In this document: in pieces, positions 1 through 9,712 of the stretch
How the letters are laid out: each line of letters opens with the position of its first letter
How positions within the stretch are numbered: the first letter of the stretch is position 1
Assembly (NCBI GenBank): GCA_963822445.1
Contig: CAWGHO010000002.1
Span: 800,001 to 864,000 of the forward strand
Length of the DNA: 64,000 bases
Origin: an uncultured Acidobacteriota bacterium
GTDB lineage: Bacteria > Acidobacteriota > Thermoanaerobaculia > Gp7-AA8
Direction of reading: 5' to 3'
Position numbers and translations under genes: made by a program
Notes under the pieces: generated by a model
The model's database searches: none
What the model was told of the DNA's origin: nothing
What the model saw: only the letters and a program-made list of their open reading frames with translations

Positions 1-420
1 GGCGTGCGACTCCGGTCCGATCACACCGCCGTAGATCTCGACGTGGTCCGAGGTTTCCGGGCGGGTCGCATCGACCATCATCACCGCCGACAACCATCCT
101 CCGTACGGACGGTCGCCGATCTGTCTCGTTCGCGCGCGGAGATTCTCGGGCGTGTACATCGTCTGAACGAGGCCGAGGGTTACGGCACCGCCGCAAAGTT
201 CTTCGTCTGACGCGCGGCAGAGCCACCCCAGCGGCTTGTTGAAGCGCGATGTCGGTGAGGGGATCCACCTCCAGGTGAGCCGCGTTCCGTTCGTGTAGCC
301 GAGGTCCGATCGATCGTTGAGGGCGAAGACGTCGTTCTCTTCCTGAACCGTGAACGTGCCGCCCGACGCGGTCAGCGCAACCGCGAGGCTCAGGCTCAAA
401 GCGATGAAGACTGGTCGCAT
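1..420 (-). CDS. lpxR: Lipid A 3-O-deacylase LpxR family outer-membrane protein (runs off the window start)
   Basis: Not in ORF track. Manual translation MRPVFIALSLSLAVALTASGGTFTVQEENDVF..D.GYTNGTRL..QTMYTP..DRPYGGWL..GVIGPES carries the LpxR motifs; signal peptide; SD AGAGGT. Confidence 0.85.
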   Translation of the reverse strand, partial: MRPVFIALSLSLAVALTASGGTFTVQEENDVFALNDRSDLGYTNGTRLTWRWIPSPTSRFNKPLGWLCRASDEELCGGAVTLGLVQTMYTPENLRARTRQIGDRPYGGWLSAVMMVDATRPETSDHVEIYGGVIGPESHA

Positions 421-492
421 GGTCACCTCTTTCATAGGAGGGACGGACCGCGGAAGAATCCCCACCTTCGCACGAGGGCGTAGCATCGCCCG

Positions 493-1431
493 GTGAAGCT
501 CGCTGCAGTTCTCCTCTTCGCCGTCAGTCTCCAGGCGCACGAAGGCTGGGGCGTCATCGTCGACCCGCGGTTCGGAGTCGTGGTCAGCGACGTTCCCGGG
601 AACACGATCTGGAGGATCAGGGACGGCCGGCTGGAGGCGCTCGTTCGCGGCGTGCACTCGCACGACGTGGTTCTCGGCAAAGACGGGGCGCTGTATGGAA
701 CCGATCCAAAGACGAGCGGCGGGACGTTCAGCGTCTGGCGTCTCGATGCTGCCGGCAAGTTCTCTTACGTGATCCCGCCGGCGGCTGATTCGGTGCTCGG
801 GCTGCAATCGTTTCTGATCACCGATGACGGCGCGATCTATTCGGGCGGCCGGTACGATCCTCAGAAACCGGCCATCGCTCTGCTGCGGCGCGAGCGCACG
901 GGCGAGATCTCTCGAGTCGCCGATGGGTTCCGCGGAATCGACGACATCAGCGTGATGCCGGACGGCAACGTTCTGCTCGTCGACGGCGCGTACCTGCGTA
1001 CCGTCACTCCCGACGGCCGGATCGCAACGGTCGCCGGTCCACTGACCCAGCGCCGCTGGGATGAAGACCTGCTGGGCATCAGCTCGATCCGCGACTCGGC
1101 CGTTCACGTCGCCGATCACGCCGGCCGGCGCATTCTTCGCGTCGACCTGCGGACCGGGCAGGCCACCGAGGTGTATCGCTCCGATTTCTTCTGGGCTCCG
1201 GCGGGCGTGGAGGTCGTCGACGGAACGCTCTACGTGCTCGAGCACCTCCGCCCACCCCTGGCCCTCCTCGGCGACCTGAAAATCGGCCCGTATCTGCGCG
1301 TGCGCCGCATCGGCTCGGGAAAATCCGAGACGCTGGCGGTGGTCTGGGGCCGGATGACGTGGATCGTCGTTGTGGCCGCGGCTGCGGTGTCGACGACCGT
1401 CGCGTTGTGGCGCCGCACGAAGCGCCGTTAA
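493..1431 (+). CDS. Secreted NHL/SMP-30-like beta-propeller protein with C-terminal TM anchor
   Basis: Signal peptide, propeller-like repeats (VHVADHAGRRILRVD, APAGVEVVDGTLYV), hydrophobic C-terminus with basic tail. Confidence 0.6.
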   Translation: MKLAAVLLFAVSLQAHEGWGVIVDPRFGVVVSDVPGNTIWRIRDGRLEALVRGVHSHDVVLGKDGALYGTDPKTSGGTFSVWRLDAAGKFSYVIPPAADSVLGLQSFLITDDGAIYSGGRYDPQKPAIALLRRERTGEISRVADGFRGIDDISVMPDGNVLLVDGAYLRTVTPDGRIATVAGPLTQRRWDEDLLGISSIRDSAVHVADHAGRRILRVDLRTGQATEVYRSDFFWAPAGVEVVDGTLYVLEHLRPPLALLGDLKIGPYLRVRRIGSGKSETLAVVWGRMTWIVVVAAAAVSTTVALWRRTKRR

Positions 1432-2459
1432 CCGATGAAGTTCGGCTCGGGATGGATCTCGATGCCGTACGCGTCGCGTACTTTCGTCTGAATCATCTCG
1501 ACGAGCTCGCGCACCTCGCGCGCTGTCCCGCCGCCGCGGTTGATCACTGCCAGGCTGTGCTTCGAGGACAACCCGACGTTGCCGTGCACGAAACCTTTGT
1601 GAAAGCCGGCGTGCTCGATCAGCCAGGCGGCCGACAACTTCACGTCCTCACCCGACGGAAAATGCGGTGCTTCCGGCGCAATCCGCGCGAACTCTTCGTA
1701 GTGCGCCGCGGTGATGATCGGATTCATGAAGAACGACCCGTCGCTGCGCGTATCCGGATCGCCGGGATCGAGCACCATCCCCTTGCGCTTGCGGATGGCG
1801 ATCACCGCGCCGCGCACTCCGGACAGATCGTCGAGGGCGATCCCCCGCTCGTCGATGTACCTCTGCAGCTCGGGATACTTCACCGTCGCGCTGCCATCGC
1901 GCCGCAAGCGAAAGGTCACCGACAGCACGACGTAGCGATCGCGCTCGTAGTTCTTGAAGAGGCTCGAGCGATAGCCGAAGCGGCAGTCCCAGTTCGTGAA
2001 CCAGGTGACCAGCCCCGTCGTGCGATCGAGCGCTTCCACCCGCACGATGGTCTCGCTGACGTCCTGCCCGTACGCGCCGACGTTCTGAATCGGCGTCGCG
2101 CCGGTCGAGCCGGGGATGCCGGAAAGACACTCGATGCCCGCGTAACCCCGCTCCACCGCGAACGCGACGAAGGAGTCCCACGGCTCGCCCGCGCACACCT
2201 TCACCATCGCGTACTCGTCTTCGCTCTCGACGGTGATCCCGCGCGTATCGATGTGAATGACCAGGCCGTCGAAGCCCTCGTCCGCGATCAGGAGATTGCT
2301 GCCGCCGCCGAGGATGAAGATGGCCTGATTGTGGTCGCGCGCCCAGTCGAGCCCCTCGCGAACGTCATCGACACTTTCCGCGCGCAAAAAAAATCGCGCC
2401 GGACCACCGATACCAATCGTGGTCAACGGCGCGAGGGGAACGTTTTCTTCGATCTGCAC
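1428..2459 (-). CDS. murB: UDP-N-acetylmuramate dehydrogenase
   Basis: TTIGIGGPA, LGGGSNLL, GIPGSTGATPIQNVGAYG, GSFFMNP, EPNFIG; GTG start overlaps the upstream TAG. Confidence 0.95.
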   Translation of the reverse strand: MQIEENVPLAPLTTIGIGGPARFFLRAESVDDVREGLDWARDHNQAIFILGGGSNLLIADEGFDGLVIHIDTRGITVESEDEYAMVKVCAGEPWDSFVAFAVERGYAGIECLSGIPGSTGATPIQNVGAYGQDVSETIVRVEALDRTTGLVTWFTNWDCRFGYRSSLFKNYERDRYVVLSVTFRLRRDGSATVKYPELQRYIDERGIALDDLSGVRGAVIAIRKRKGMVLDPGDPDTRSDGSFFMNPIITAAHYEEFARIAPEAPHFPSGEDVKLSAAWLIEHAGFHKGFVHGNVGLSSKHSLAVINRGGGTAREVRELVEMIQTKVRDAYGIEIHPEPNFIG

Positions 2460-4051
2460 TACACCCCGGGCATCGCTTTCTTCAAAGGCTTGAGAAGGAT
2501 GAAGAGCACGACGGCCATGATGAAGGCCATGATCGCCAGGGTCAGGAAGAAGCGGGTGTGACCCCACAGGTCCCAGTAGCCGCCGATCGACGTGAGCTTG
2601 TTGCCGATGGCGGTCGCCAGGAACCAGCCGCCCATCATCAGGCCGCGCATGCGGATCGGCGCGACCTTCGACACGAGCGACAGACCCATGGGGCTGAGCA
2701 TCAACTCGCCGAGGGAGATCACGGCGTAGGTCAGGATCAGCCACCAGAGCGATGCCTTCGTCGTGGGCGCCGTTGAAATCGCCGTGGCCGAGTGATTCTC
2801 GAGACGGACGTAATCGCCCGGCACCACAGCCGAGCCGCCGTTCACGGTCACAGGCCACGCTTCCTTCGGCACGGTCTGACCACCTTCCTGGATGTTGACC
2901 TGCGTCGGAGGCATGGTGATGCCGAGGTACTCGCGTGCTTCTTTGGCGATCTGCACGTAGGTCTGACCGCCCTCGTTGCTGATGACGCGGAAGGCCGGCG
3001 AGGTGAAGCCGTTCGCCTGCGCGCCGAAGTAGAGGACCAGCATGGAAAGGCCGGTAAGGGTCATGCCGATGGTCATCTTCATCGGCGTGGACGGTTCCTT
3101 GTCGCGCTTGTCCAGCCAGGTCCAGAACGCGGCCAGCGGCAGCGAGAGGATGATGATGTACAGCGGATTGATGGCGTTGGAGAGGATGCCGCCCGCCTCG
3201 AGGAAGGTCCAGCGGGTGTGATCGTCGGCCCAGAAGGTGAGGGTCAGCGAGTTCTGGTGGAAGATCATCCAGAAGACGATGACGATCAGGAAGATGACGA
3301 TAAGGGCCATGATCCGCTTCCACTCCGGGACGGCGTTCATGTTCTGCGCGTCTTCATTGAGCACCGGCGGGATGTCCTCGGACGTCGCCACGGCATCCTG
3401 ATTCGCTCGGGAGCCGTCGGCTTTCGAGAAATCGCTCTGGCCTTTGATGCGATCCGCGTAGCGCACGTGCCGTTGATTCACGGCGAAAACGATCAGGGAG
3501 ATGGTCATGCCGATCGCGCCCATGAAGAAGGCCGGATGGAATCCCCACCGCGGCTGCACGAAACCGGCGACGATCGGCGCCAGCGTCGCACCGATGTTGA
3601 TGCCCATGTAGAAGATCAGGTAGGCCTTGTCTTTGAGATGGCTTCCCTCGGAGTAGAGGTTGCCGACCATCGACGAGACGTTCGGTTTGAAGAAGCCGTT
3701 ACCGATGACCAGACAGGCCAGCGCGAGATACAGGATGTTGATCCTGTTCGGCACGGCGAGCAGGGCGTGGCCGGCGATGAAGAAGCAGGCCCCGACCAGG
3801 ATCGACTTCCGGAAGCCGAGCCAGCGGTCGGCGATGAACCCGCCGAAAAGCGGCGAGGCATAGACCGCGGCCAGGTACCACGCCGAGATTCCCGTGGCTT
3901 CGGCATTCGTAAATCCGAATCCCTGGACCGCATCGCGCAGGTAAAGCGCGAGCATCGCGTTGACGGTGTAGAAGCTGTAGCGCTCCCACATCTCACTCGC
4001 GAAAAGTACGTACAACCCTTTTGGATGCTTATCCGTCGCCGCAGTGGCCAT
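2459..4051 (-). CDS. POT/PTR family proton-dependent oligopeptide MFS transporter
   Basis: EMWERYSFY, GNGFFKPN, FYMGINIG, GELMLSPMG motifs. Confidence 0.95.
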   Translation of the reverse strand: MATAATDKHPKGLYVLFASEMWERYSFYTVNAMLALYLRDAVQGFGFTNAEATGISAWYLAAVYASPLFGGFIADRWLGFRKSILVGACFFIAGHALLAVPNRINILYLALACLVIGNGFFKPNVSSMVGNLYSEGSHLKDKAYLIFYMGINIGATLAPIVAGFVQPRWGFHPAFFMGAIGMTISLIVFAVNQRHVRYADRIKGQSDFSKADGSRANQDAVATSEDIPPVLNEDAQNMNAVPEWKRIMALIVIFLIVIVFWMIFHQNSLTLTFWADDHTRWTFLEAGGILSNAINPLYIIILSLPLAAFWTWLDKRDKEPSTPMKMTIGMTLTGLSMLVLYFGAQANGFTSPAFRVISNEGGQTYVQIAKEAREYLGITMPPTQVNIQEGGQTVPKEAWPVTVNGGSAVVPGDYVRLENHSATAISTAPTTKASLWWLILTYAVISLGELMLSPMGLSLVSKVAPIRMRGLMMGGWFLATAIGNKLTSIGGYWDLWGHTRFFLTLAIMAFIMAVVLFILLKPLKKAMPGV

Positions 4052-4125
4052 TCAGGGTTCCTTTCGAAATACGGGAGGTTCAGCGGCGCACGATACAAGA
4101 TCCCTACCAGACGGGACCAGAGTTT

Positions 4126-4234
4126 GTTACGGGGTTGCGGGGGTTCGAGGTTACGAGGTTGCGTTCATTCGTGATGACAGGTTGCTCGCTCGCGATGACA
4201 ACCTCGTAACCCCGAAACCCCGTAACCCCGCAAC
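4126..4234. repeat. Palindromic element built of 8-bp units (GGGTTRCG/AGGTTRCG arms)
   Basis: Left arm gttacggggttgcgggggttcgaggttacgaggttg, right arm caacctcgtaaccccgaaaccccgtaaccccgcaac. Confidence 0.85.
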
Positions 4235-4746
4235 TAGAACGCTCGAAACGCCGCCTCCACCTTCTCCGTGGCCACGAACATCCTGCTCGCGCCGGAGTTG
4301 CAGTAGGCCCAGTCGTGGCTCACTCCGGTGACCATCAGCGATTCGTCGGGGCAGAGCTCACCCAGGGCGGCGCCGAGGGTGTGGACGTCGGTGCGGTCGT
4401 TCGTCTGGATGATGAACGTCGATTCGAACGGCAGCTCGACGAGCGTGCCGAGGCGGTCGAGGGCGTCGTGGAGCTCGGAGTAATCGGCGCCGGGCGTGAG
4501 GCTGTGGCGCACGAGCAGAAAATCGCGATTGGTCGTGAACTGCGTGCAGGCCACGAGCAGCCGCGCGTCATGATGAATGTGCGTCCGGATGTAGCGGACC
4601 AGCGGCGCCGCGTGCCGCCCCTCGGGCAGGAACACCTGCCAGCTCATGTCGAAGTTGGGTTCCGCGCCGAGCCGCCGCATCGCCTGCGACACCGCGAGCG
4701 TGAGCTCGCCCTCATAGCAGATCTGGAACAGTCTGACTTCCCCCAT
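4234..4746 (-). CDS. Hypothetical protein, apparently two tandem small ferredoxin-like (Cas2/VapD-like) domains
   Basis: SD GGGAGGG; two ~70 aa halves with similar beta-alpha pattern; fold is inference. Confidence 0.6.
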   Translation of the reverse strand: MGEVRLFQICYEGELTLAVSQAMRRLGAEPNFDMSWQVFLPEGRHAAPLVRYIRTHIHHDARLLVACTQFTTNRDFLLVRHSLTPGADYSELHDALDRLGTLVELPFESTFIIQTNDRTDVHTLGAALGELCPDESLMVTGVSHDWAYCNSGASRMFVATEKVEAAFRAF

Positions 4747-4800
4747 CGCACCCTCCCAAGTCCTCGCGTTCCGTGTTGTGGTGGGACGACGTGAGTTTAA

Positions 4801-4829
4801 GTTGAAAATTGAAAATTGAGAATTGAAAA
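4801..4829. repeat. 7-bp tandem repeat (AATTGAA), single arm
   Basis: gttgaaaattgaaaattgagaattgaaaa; same unit as 55487-55582. Confidence 0.75.
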
Positions 4830-4866
4830 CGAGACTTATTCGGCACCGCTCGTGGCGGCTCGTGCC

Positions 4867-5829
4867 TCAGGCGGCTGACGACACCCGATGAGGGGTCGTC
4901 TTCAAAATCGAGGCGAGGTTCAACTCGTCGCCGCGCAGGCAGGCGGTGACGAGGCTCGCCAGCTCGCTGGTCACGATCGGTTTGTACAGCACCGCCGCGA
5001 CGACCTCCTGGTCGGCGTTGCTGATCAGCTGGTCCGAGAACCCGGTGACGATGAACAGGCGATGCGGCCGCACTTCGTAGCGATGCCGCAGAAAATCGAG
5101 CACTTCCCAGCCCGACAACCGCGGCATGTTCAGGTCCATCAGCGCGACGTCGTACTTCCGCGTCTTGAATGCCTCGACCGCATCGCGGCCGCTGGAAACG
5201 ACGTCGACCTCGACGCCGACCCGCGCCGCGACATGCGTGTAGAGATCGCGAATCGGCGCGTCGTCGTCCGCGACCAGGATCCGCCGCCCCGGCCACATCT
5301 GCCGCGCGCCGACGGTCGACAACGCATCGCGGAAGGCGCCCAGCGATGGATACCGCTGCGCCGGATCTTTGGAGAGCGCCCGCTTGATGACCGCCGCCAG
5401 ATCGCCGGGAACATCGGACCGGAACTGGTGGACGTCGAGCGCGACGTCGGTGCAGGCGGTGAGCATGATCTCGGCCGCGGACGCACCGGTGAAGGGCGGG
5501 CGGCCGGCGAGGGCGTGGAAGAGAATCCCCGCGAGCGAGAACACATCGGTCGCCGCGTTGGCCGGCTTGCCGAGCACGCGCTCGGGAGCCGCGTACTGCA
5601 GCCACCGCATCCGGTCGCCGGTTCCCGGCGGCACGATCCCCACCGCGTCACCGACCGAGATCGCGCTCGGCCATAACTCGCCATGAACCCCGCTCCGCTC
5701 GAGCGAATCCGCAGCCTCCCGGCCAATCCGGATCACCTCGGCGATCTCGATCGGTCCCGAGGCCATGATGGTGGTGAGAGGCTCGGAGTCGGACATCTGG
5801 GAGGGGCGCGCGTGCAACGCGGACGCCAC
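4867..5829 (-). CDS. Ser/Thr kinase C-lobe (pseudokinase) fused to a receiver domain
   Basis: YAAPE, DVFSLAG..GRPPF, DPAQRY; REC with ADDD, MDLNMP, VTG, YKP. Confidence 0.8.
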   Translation of the reverse strand: MASALHARPSQMSDSEPLTTIMASGPIEIAEVIRIGREAADSLERSGVHGELWPSAISVGDAVGIVPPGTGDRMRWLQYAAPERVLGKPANAATDVFSLAGILFHALAGRPPFTGASAAEIMLTACTDVALDVHQFRSDVPGDLAAVIKRALSKDPAQRYPSLGAFRDALSTVGARQMWPGRRILVADDDAPIRDLYTHVAARVGVEVDVVSSGRDAVEAFKTRKYDVALMDLNMPRLSGWEVLDFLRHRYEVRPHRLFIVTGFSDQLISNADQEVVAAVLYKPIVTSELASLVTACLRGDELNLASILKTTPHRVSSAA

Positions 5830-5830
5830 T

Positions 5831-5924
5831 GTTGCGGGGTTACGAGGTTGCGGGGTTACGAGGTGATGGTGGTCTCGCTACCACCCCGAAACCTCGTAAC
5901 CTCGTAACCCCGTCACCCCGTAAC
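5831..5924. repeat. Palindromic 8-bp-unit element, same family as 4126-4234; overlaps the ptrB stop
   Basis: gttgcggggttacgaggttgcggggttacgagg ... ccccgaaacctcgtaacctcgtaaccccgtcaccccgtaac. Confidence 0.85.
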
Positions 5925-7928
5925 GGCGAGCTGCGCGAGCAACCACGCAAAGTCATGTGCATGCTCGCGCAACTTGTCATACCTCCCCGAGGCGCCTCCG
6001 TGGCCGGCGCCCATGTTCACGCGGAGGAGCAGGTCGTTTTCCGCTCCGTTGCAGTCGCGGAGGCGGGCCACCCATTTCGCGGCTTCCCAGTAGCCGACCT
6101 GGCTGTCGTTCAGTGACGTCCGCACGAGCATCGCCGGATAGCGCTTGCGCTCGACGTTCGTGTAGGGGTCGTAACTCTTCATGTATGTGTAGGCATCGGC
6201 TTCGTTCGGATTGCCCCACTCGATGTACTCCTGCGTGGTGAGCGGCAGGGTCGCGTCGAGCATCGTGTTCAGCACGTCCACGAACGGCACGTAGGCGAGG
6301 GCGGCGCGGAACAGGTCGGGGCGCATGTTCACCACCGCGCCGACGAGCAGTCCGCCGGCGCTGCCGCCTTCGATGGCCAGCTTGTCCTTGGACGTGTATC
6401 CGGCGGCGATCAGGTGCTCGGCCACGGCGATGAAGTCGGTGAAGGTGTTCTTTTTCTCCGTCATCCGGCCATGCTCGTGCCACGCCTCCCCCATCTCCCC
6501 GCCGCCGCGGACGTGGGCGATGGCGAAGGTGATCCCGCGATCGATGAGCGAGAAGCGGTTGGGATTGAACGCGTCCGGAATCGAGGAACCGTACGAGCCA
6601 TACCCGTAGAGCAGCAGCGGCCTGACTCCCTCGGCATCTTTGCGACGAACGAGGGCGACGGGGATCTGCGCTCCATCGCTCGCGGCCACGAAGATGCGCT
6701 CCACGACATAGCGATCGCGCCGGTATCCGCCGAGGATCTCGGTCTGTTTGAGGAGCACCGCCGTGCGGGCGTTCATGTCGTAATCGAACGTCGACAGCGG
6801 CGTGATCAGCGACTGATAGGTGTAGCGGAACACGCTCGTGTCGAATTCTTCGTTCGATCCCGGCGCCGCGGTGTACGCGGGCTCGGGAAACTCGATGCGA
6901 TGCGAAGCGAGATCGCGGAGGTCGTAGATCTCGAACGCGGGCAGACCACGCTCGCGGACGCGGACGACCATGTGATCGCGGAACAAATCGATCTCCTCGA
7001 TCTTCACCGGCGCGCGATACGCGACGACCTCCGACCAGTTCGCAAAATCATCGACAGGCGCGCTGACCACGCGGAAGTTGATCCCCGCGTCGTTGGTCGT
7101 GACGTAGAAACGATCGCCGCGGTGATCGGGGTAGTAGCGATGCTCGTCGCGCCGCGGGACCATCACCACCGGTTCTACGGCCGGTGTCGCGGCGGGGATC
7201 AGCCGCACTTCGTTCGTGGTCTTGCTTTCGGAAAGGATGAAGATCCAGTCGCCGCTGCGCGAGCGATCGGCATACAGGTCGTAGATCTCGTCCTCTTCCT
7301 CGTAGACCAGGTCGTGCGCGTCGGTGCCGAGGACGTGGCGGTAGAGGCGGTACTGACGCTTGGCCTCGTTCTCGACCGTGTAGAACATCGTCCGGTTGTC
7401 CGCGGCCCAGAGCAGCGACTCGGTCTTCTCCGCGCGATCGGGAAGAATCTCCCCGGTGCGGAGATCCTTGACCTGCATCGTGTACTGGCGATACCCGCTG
7501 TCGTCGGTGGAGAAGAGCAGGAGATTGCCGTCGTCGCTCACTTCCATCGCGCCGACGTCCATGAACTCCTTGCCCGCGGCAAGATCGTTGACGTCGAGGA
7601 TGATCTCTTCCGGCGCATCGAGCGTCCGCCGCCGAGCCCAGATCGGATACTGCCGCCCCGCCTCGGTGCGCGAGTAGTAAAAATACGCGCCCTTGCGGAA
7701 CGGCACATTGACGTCCGTTTCCTTGATCCGCCCCAGCATCTCTTCGTACAGCGTCTGCTGGAGCTGCTCGGTCGGGGCCATGACCTCGTCGGTGTACGCG
7801 TTCTCCTCGTCGAGATACCGGAGCGTTTCCTCGCTGCTCTTGTCGCGCAGCCAGGCGTAGTCGTCGACGCGCGTGTCGCCGTGAATGGTGAAGGTGACAG
7901 GGTGTTTTTTGGCTACTGGTGCCGGCAC
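5913..7928 (-). CDS. ptrB: Oligopeptidase B (S9A)
   Basis: DDYAWLRD, YGYGSYG, GGSAGG, DSQVGYWEAAKW, GHGGASGR. Confidence 0.95.
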   Translation of the reverse strand: MPAPVAKKHPVTFTIHGDTRVDDYAWLRDKSSEETLRYLDEENAYTDEVMAPTEQLQQTLYEEMLGRIKETDVNVPFRKGAYFYYSRTEAGRQYPIWARRRTLDAPEEIILDVNDLAAGKEFMDVGAMEVSDDGNLLLFSTDDSGYRQYTMQVKDLRTGEILPDRAEKTESLLWAADNRTMFYTVENEAKRQYRLYRHVLGTDAHDLVYEEEDEIYDLYADRSRSGDWIFILSESKTTNEVRLIPAATPAVEPVVMVPRRDEHRYYPDHRGDRFYVTTNDAGINFRVVSAPVDDFANWSEVVAYRAPVKIEEIDLFRDHMVVRVRERGLPAFEIYDLRDLASHRIEFPEPAYTAAPGSNEEFDTSVFRYTYQSLITPLSTFDYDMNARTAVLLKQTEILGGYRRDRYVVERIFVAASDGAQIPVALVRRKDAEGVRPLLLYGYGSYGSSIPDAFNPNRFSLIDRGITFAIAHVRGGGEMGEAWHEHGRMTEKKNTFTDFIAVAEHLIAAGYTSKDKLAIEGGSAGGLLVGAVVNMRPDLFRAALAYVPFVDVLNTMLDATLPLTTQEYIEWGNPNEADAYTYMKSYDPYTNVERKRYPAMLVRTSLNDSQVGYWEAAKWVARLRDCNGAENDLLLRVNMGAGHGGASGRYDKLREHAHDFAWLLAQLAVTG

Positions 7929-7938
7929 CCCGTAACTC

Positions 7939-8028
7939 TATCCTTCGCGCGGGCGGGCGGACGGCGGCGCGCGGAGGATCAATGGTTACACCGCGAAAGG
8001 TGTAGGCCAAAGACGACGCACGTTAGGC
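7939..8028. repeat. Direct repeat copy A (~90 bp)
   Basis: tatccttcgcgcgggcggg..gcgcggaggatc..ggttacaccgcg..gcacgttaggc shared with 11435-11521. Confidence 0.8.
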
Positions 8029-9021
8029 GCGGAGAATCAAATGCAGATCCCCGAACTCGTGCCACAAGTACCTGCGCTCCAGCGCGGCCGCGTACGCCTT
8101 CTCGATGTGTGCACGGCCGGCGATCGCTTCGAGCATGGCCAGATGCGTCGCGCGAGGCTCGTGCAGGCCGGTGAGGAGTCCATCGACGACCTTCACGCCG
8201 CGCTCGGGCGTGATCACCAGATCGGTCCAGCCGCGCGAGGCGATCACCCGGCCGGCGCGATCGACGGATGACTCCAGCGCGCGCACGACCGTGGTTCCCA
8301 CCGCCACCACCCGCCCTCCCCTCGCCTTGGCCCGTCGCACTTCATCCGCCGTCCGCGCCGGCACTTCGAAGTACTCCTCGTACGGACGCTCGTGCGTCTC
8401 CAGACTGGCCACGCCCGCGTGCAGCACGAGTTTCGCGAGACGCACGCCGCGGCGGCGCAGGCAGACCAGCATTTCCCTCGTGAAGGCGCGTCCCGCGGAG
8501 GGCATCTCCGCGGAACCGGGCTCGCTCGCGTAAACGGTCTGGTAGGCGTCGAGCGGAAAGCGGCGATCGACGTACGAGTAAGTGATCGGCCGTCCGAACT
8601 GCTGGAGGTACTCGCGCAGCGGTTGGGGCAGTTTGAATCGCGCGATCCACAGACGTTTTGAGTCGCGATAGGGAGCGATGAGCGTGGCTTCGGCGCCGCC
8701 GGGCAACATTAACGAACCGGGGGCGATGACACCGCGCGGCTCGACCACGACCAGATCGCCCGGCAATGGCGCCGAGACATGCAGCGCGATCACATCACCA
8801 TCGTCGCGAATCGCACTCAACGCGGCGGGCAGCGTCGCGGTCGTGTTGAGCACGAGCAGATCGCCGGGCTCGAGGAACCGCGGCAACTGGCGAAAGTGTG
8901 CGTGAGTCACTGAATCGCCGGTCGTCACGAGCAGCTTCACGTCATCGCGACCGCTTCCTCGAAGCTCCGCCGGCTCGCGCGCTTCGAGCTCTTTCGGCAG
9001 CTCGAAATCGACGGTTGTCAT
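8023..9021 (-). CDS. QueA-like protein (divergent S-adenosylmethionine:tRNA ribosyltransferase-isomerase family)
   Basis: Start MTTVDFELP (ATGA overlap with SDR); YQTVYA, AVGTTVVRALES, GSAEMPSAG, YLWHEFGD. Confidence 0.85.
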   Translation of the reverse strand: MTTVDFELPKELEAREPAELRGSGRDDVKLLVTTGDSVTHAHFRQLPRFLEPGDLLVLNTTATLPAALSAIRDDGDVIALHVSAPLPGDLVVVEPRGVIAPGSLMLPGGAEATLIAPYRDSKRLWIARFKLPQPLREYLQQFGRPITYSYVDRRFPLDAYQTVYASEPGSAEMPSAGRAFTREMLVCLRRRGVRLAKLVLHAGVASLETHERPYEEYFEVPARTADEVRRAKARGGRVVAVGTTVVRALESSVDRAGRVIASRGWTDLVITPERGVKVVDGLLTGLHEPRATHLAMLEAIAGRAHIEKAYAAALERRYLWHEFGDLHLILRA

Positions 9022-9683
9022 GCGGCCTCTTTCTCGTCGATCAACCCGAGGATGGTCGGCGCCACAGCGTCGGGCAATGGCAGATGCGCGAGATCGACGC
9101 CCGGCTCGGCGAGACGGTGCATCTCCGTGTTCATGTCGCCGGGATCGACGGCCAGCACGCGAACGCCCGTGCCCGCGAGCTCCGCCGCGAGCGTGCGTGA
9201 AGCATGCTCGAGCGCGGCCTTGCTCGCGCCGTAGCCGCCCCAGCCCGGATAGGCGTTCACACCCGCGTCGGAGGTGATGTTGAGGATCGTGCCCCGGCCG
9301 CGCTCCTTCATCGACGGAAGAACCAGTTGCGCGAGATGAACCGGCGCGACGACATTGACCTTGAAGACGCGCAGCAGCGCGTCCCACGGATAGGCATCGA
9401 GCCGCGGCATCGGCGAGGGCCCGAGCTCGGAGGCGTTGTTGATGAGGAGGTCGACCGGCCCGAAGCGATACAGCGCGCGCTCGGCGAGCTGCTCGGCGAT
9501 CTCGCTGACGTCGCCGGCCACGCGCTCGACGACTGTGAAGCGCGAGAGCTCGCGCGAGGCCTCGATGAGCTTCTCCTCGCGCCGGGCGTTGATGGTGAGT
9601 GCATATCCGCGCCTGGCGAGCAGCGTCGCCAGCGCGCGGCCGAGGCCCTGGGAGGCTCCGGTGATGAGTGCGTGTTTTTTCAT
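9018..9683 (-). CDS. SDR family oxidoreductase
   Basis: TGASQGLG, NNA, YGASK, PGDMNT. Confidence 0.95.
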   Translation of the reverse strand: MKKHALITGASQGLGRALATLLARRGYALTINARREEKLIEASRELSRFTVVERVAGDVSEIAEQLAERALYRFGPVDLLINNASELGPSPMPRLDAYPWDALLRVFKVNVVAPVHLAQLVLPSMKERGRGTILNITSDAGVNAYPGWGGYGASKAALEHASRTLAAELAGTGVRVLAVDPGDMNTEMHRLAEPGVDLAHLPLPDAVAPTILGLIDEKEAA

Positions 9684-9712
9684 GCACTCAAGATCGCGCG
9701 TTTCGGGCCGGG

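Noticed and set aside
1428-3323. 631-aa MurB fusion (also 554-aa QueA, 698-aa and 609-aa ORFs)
   Set aside because: N-terminal extensions are alternative frames of neighbouring genes; true starts are internal
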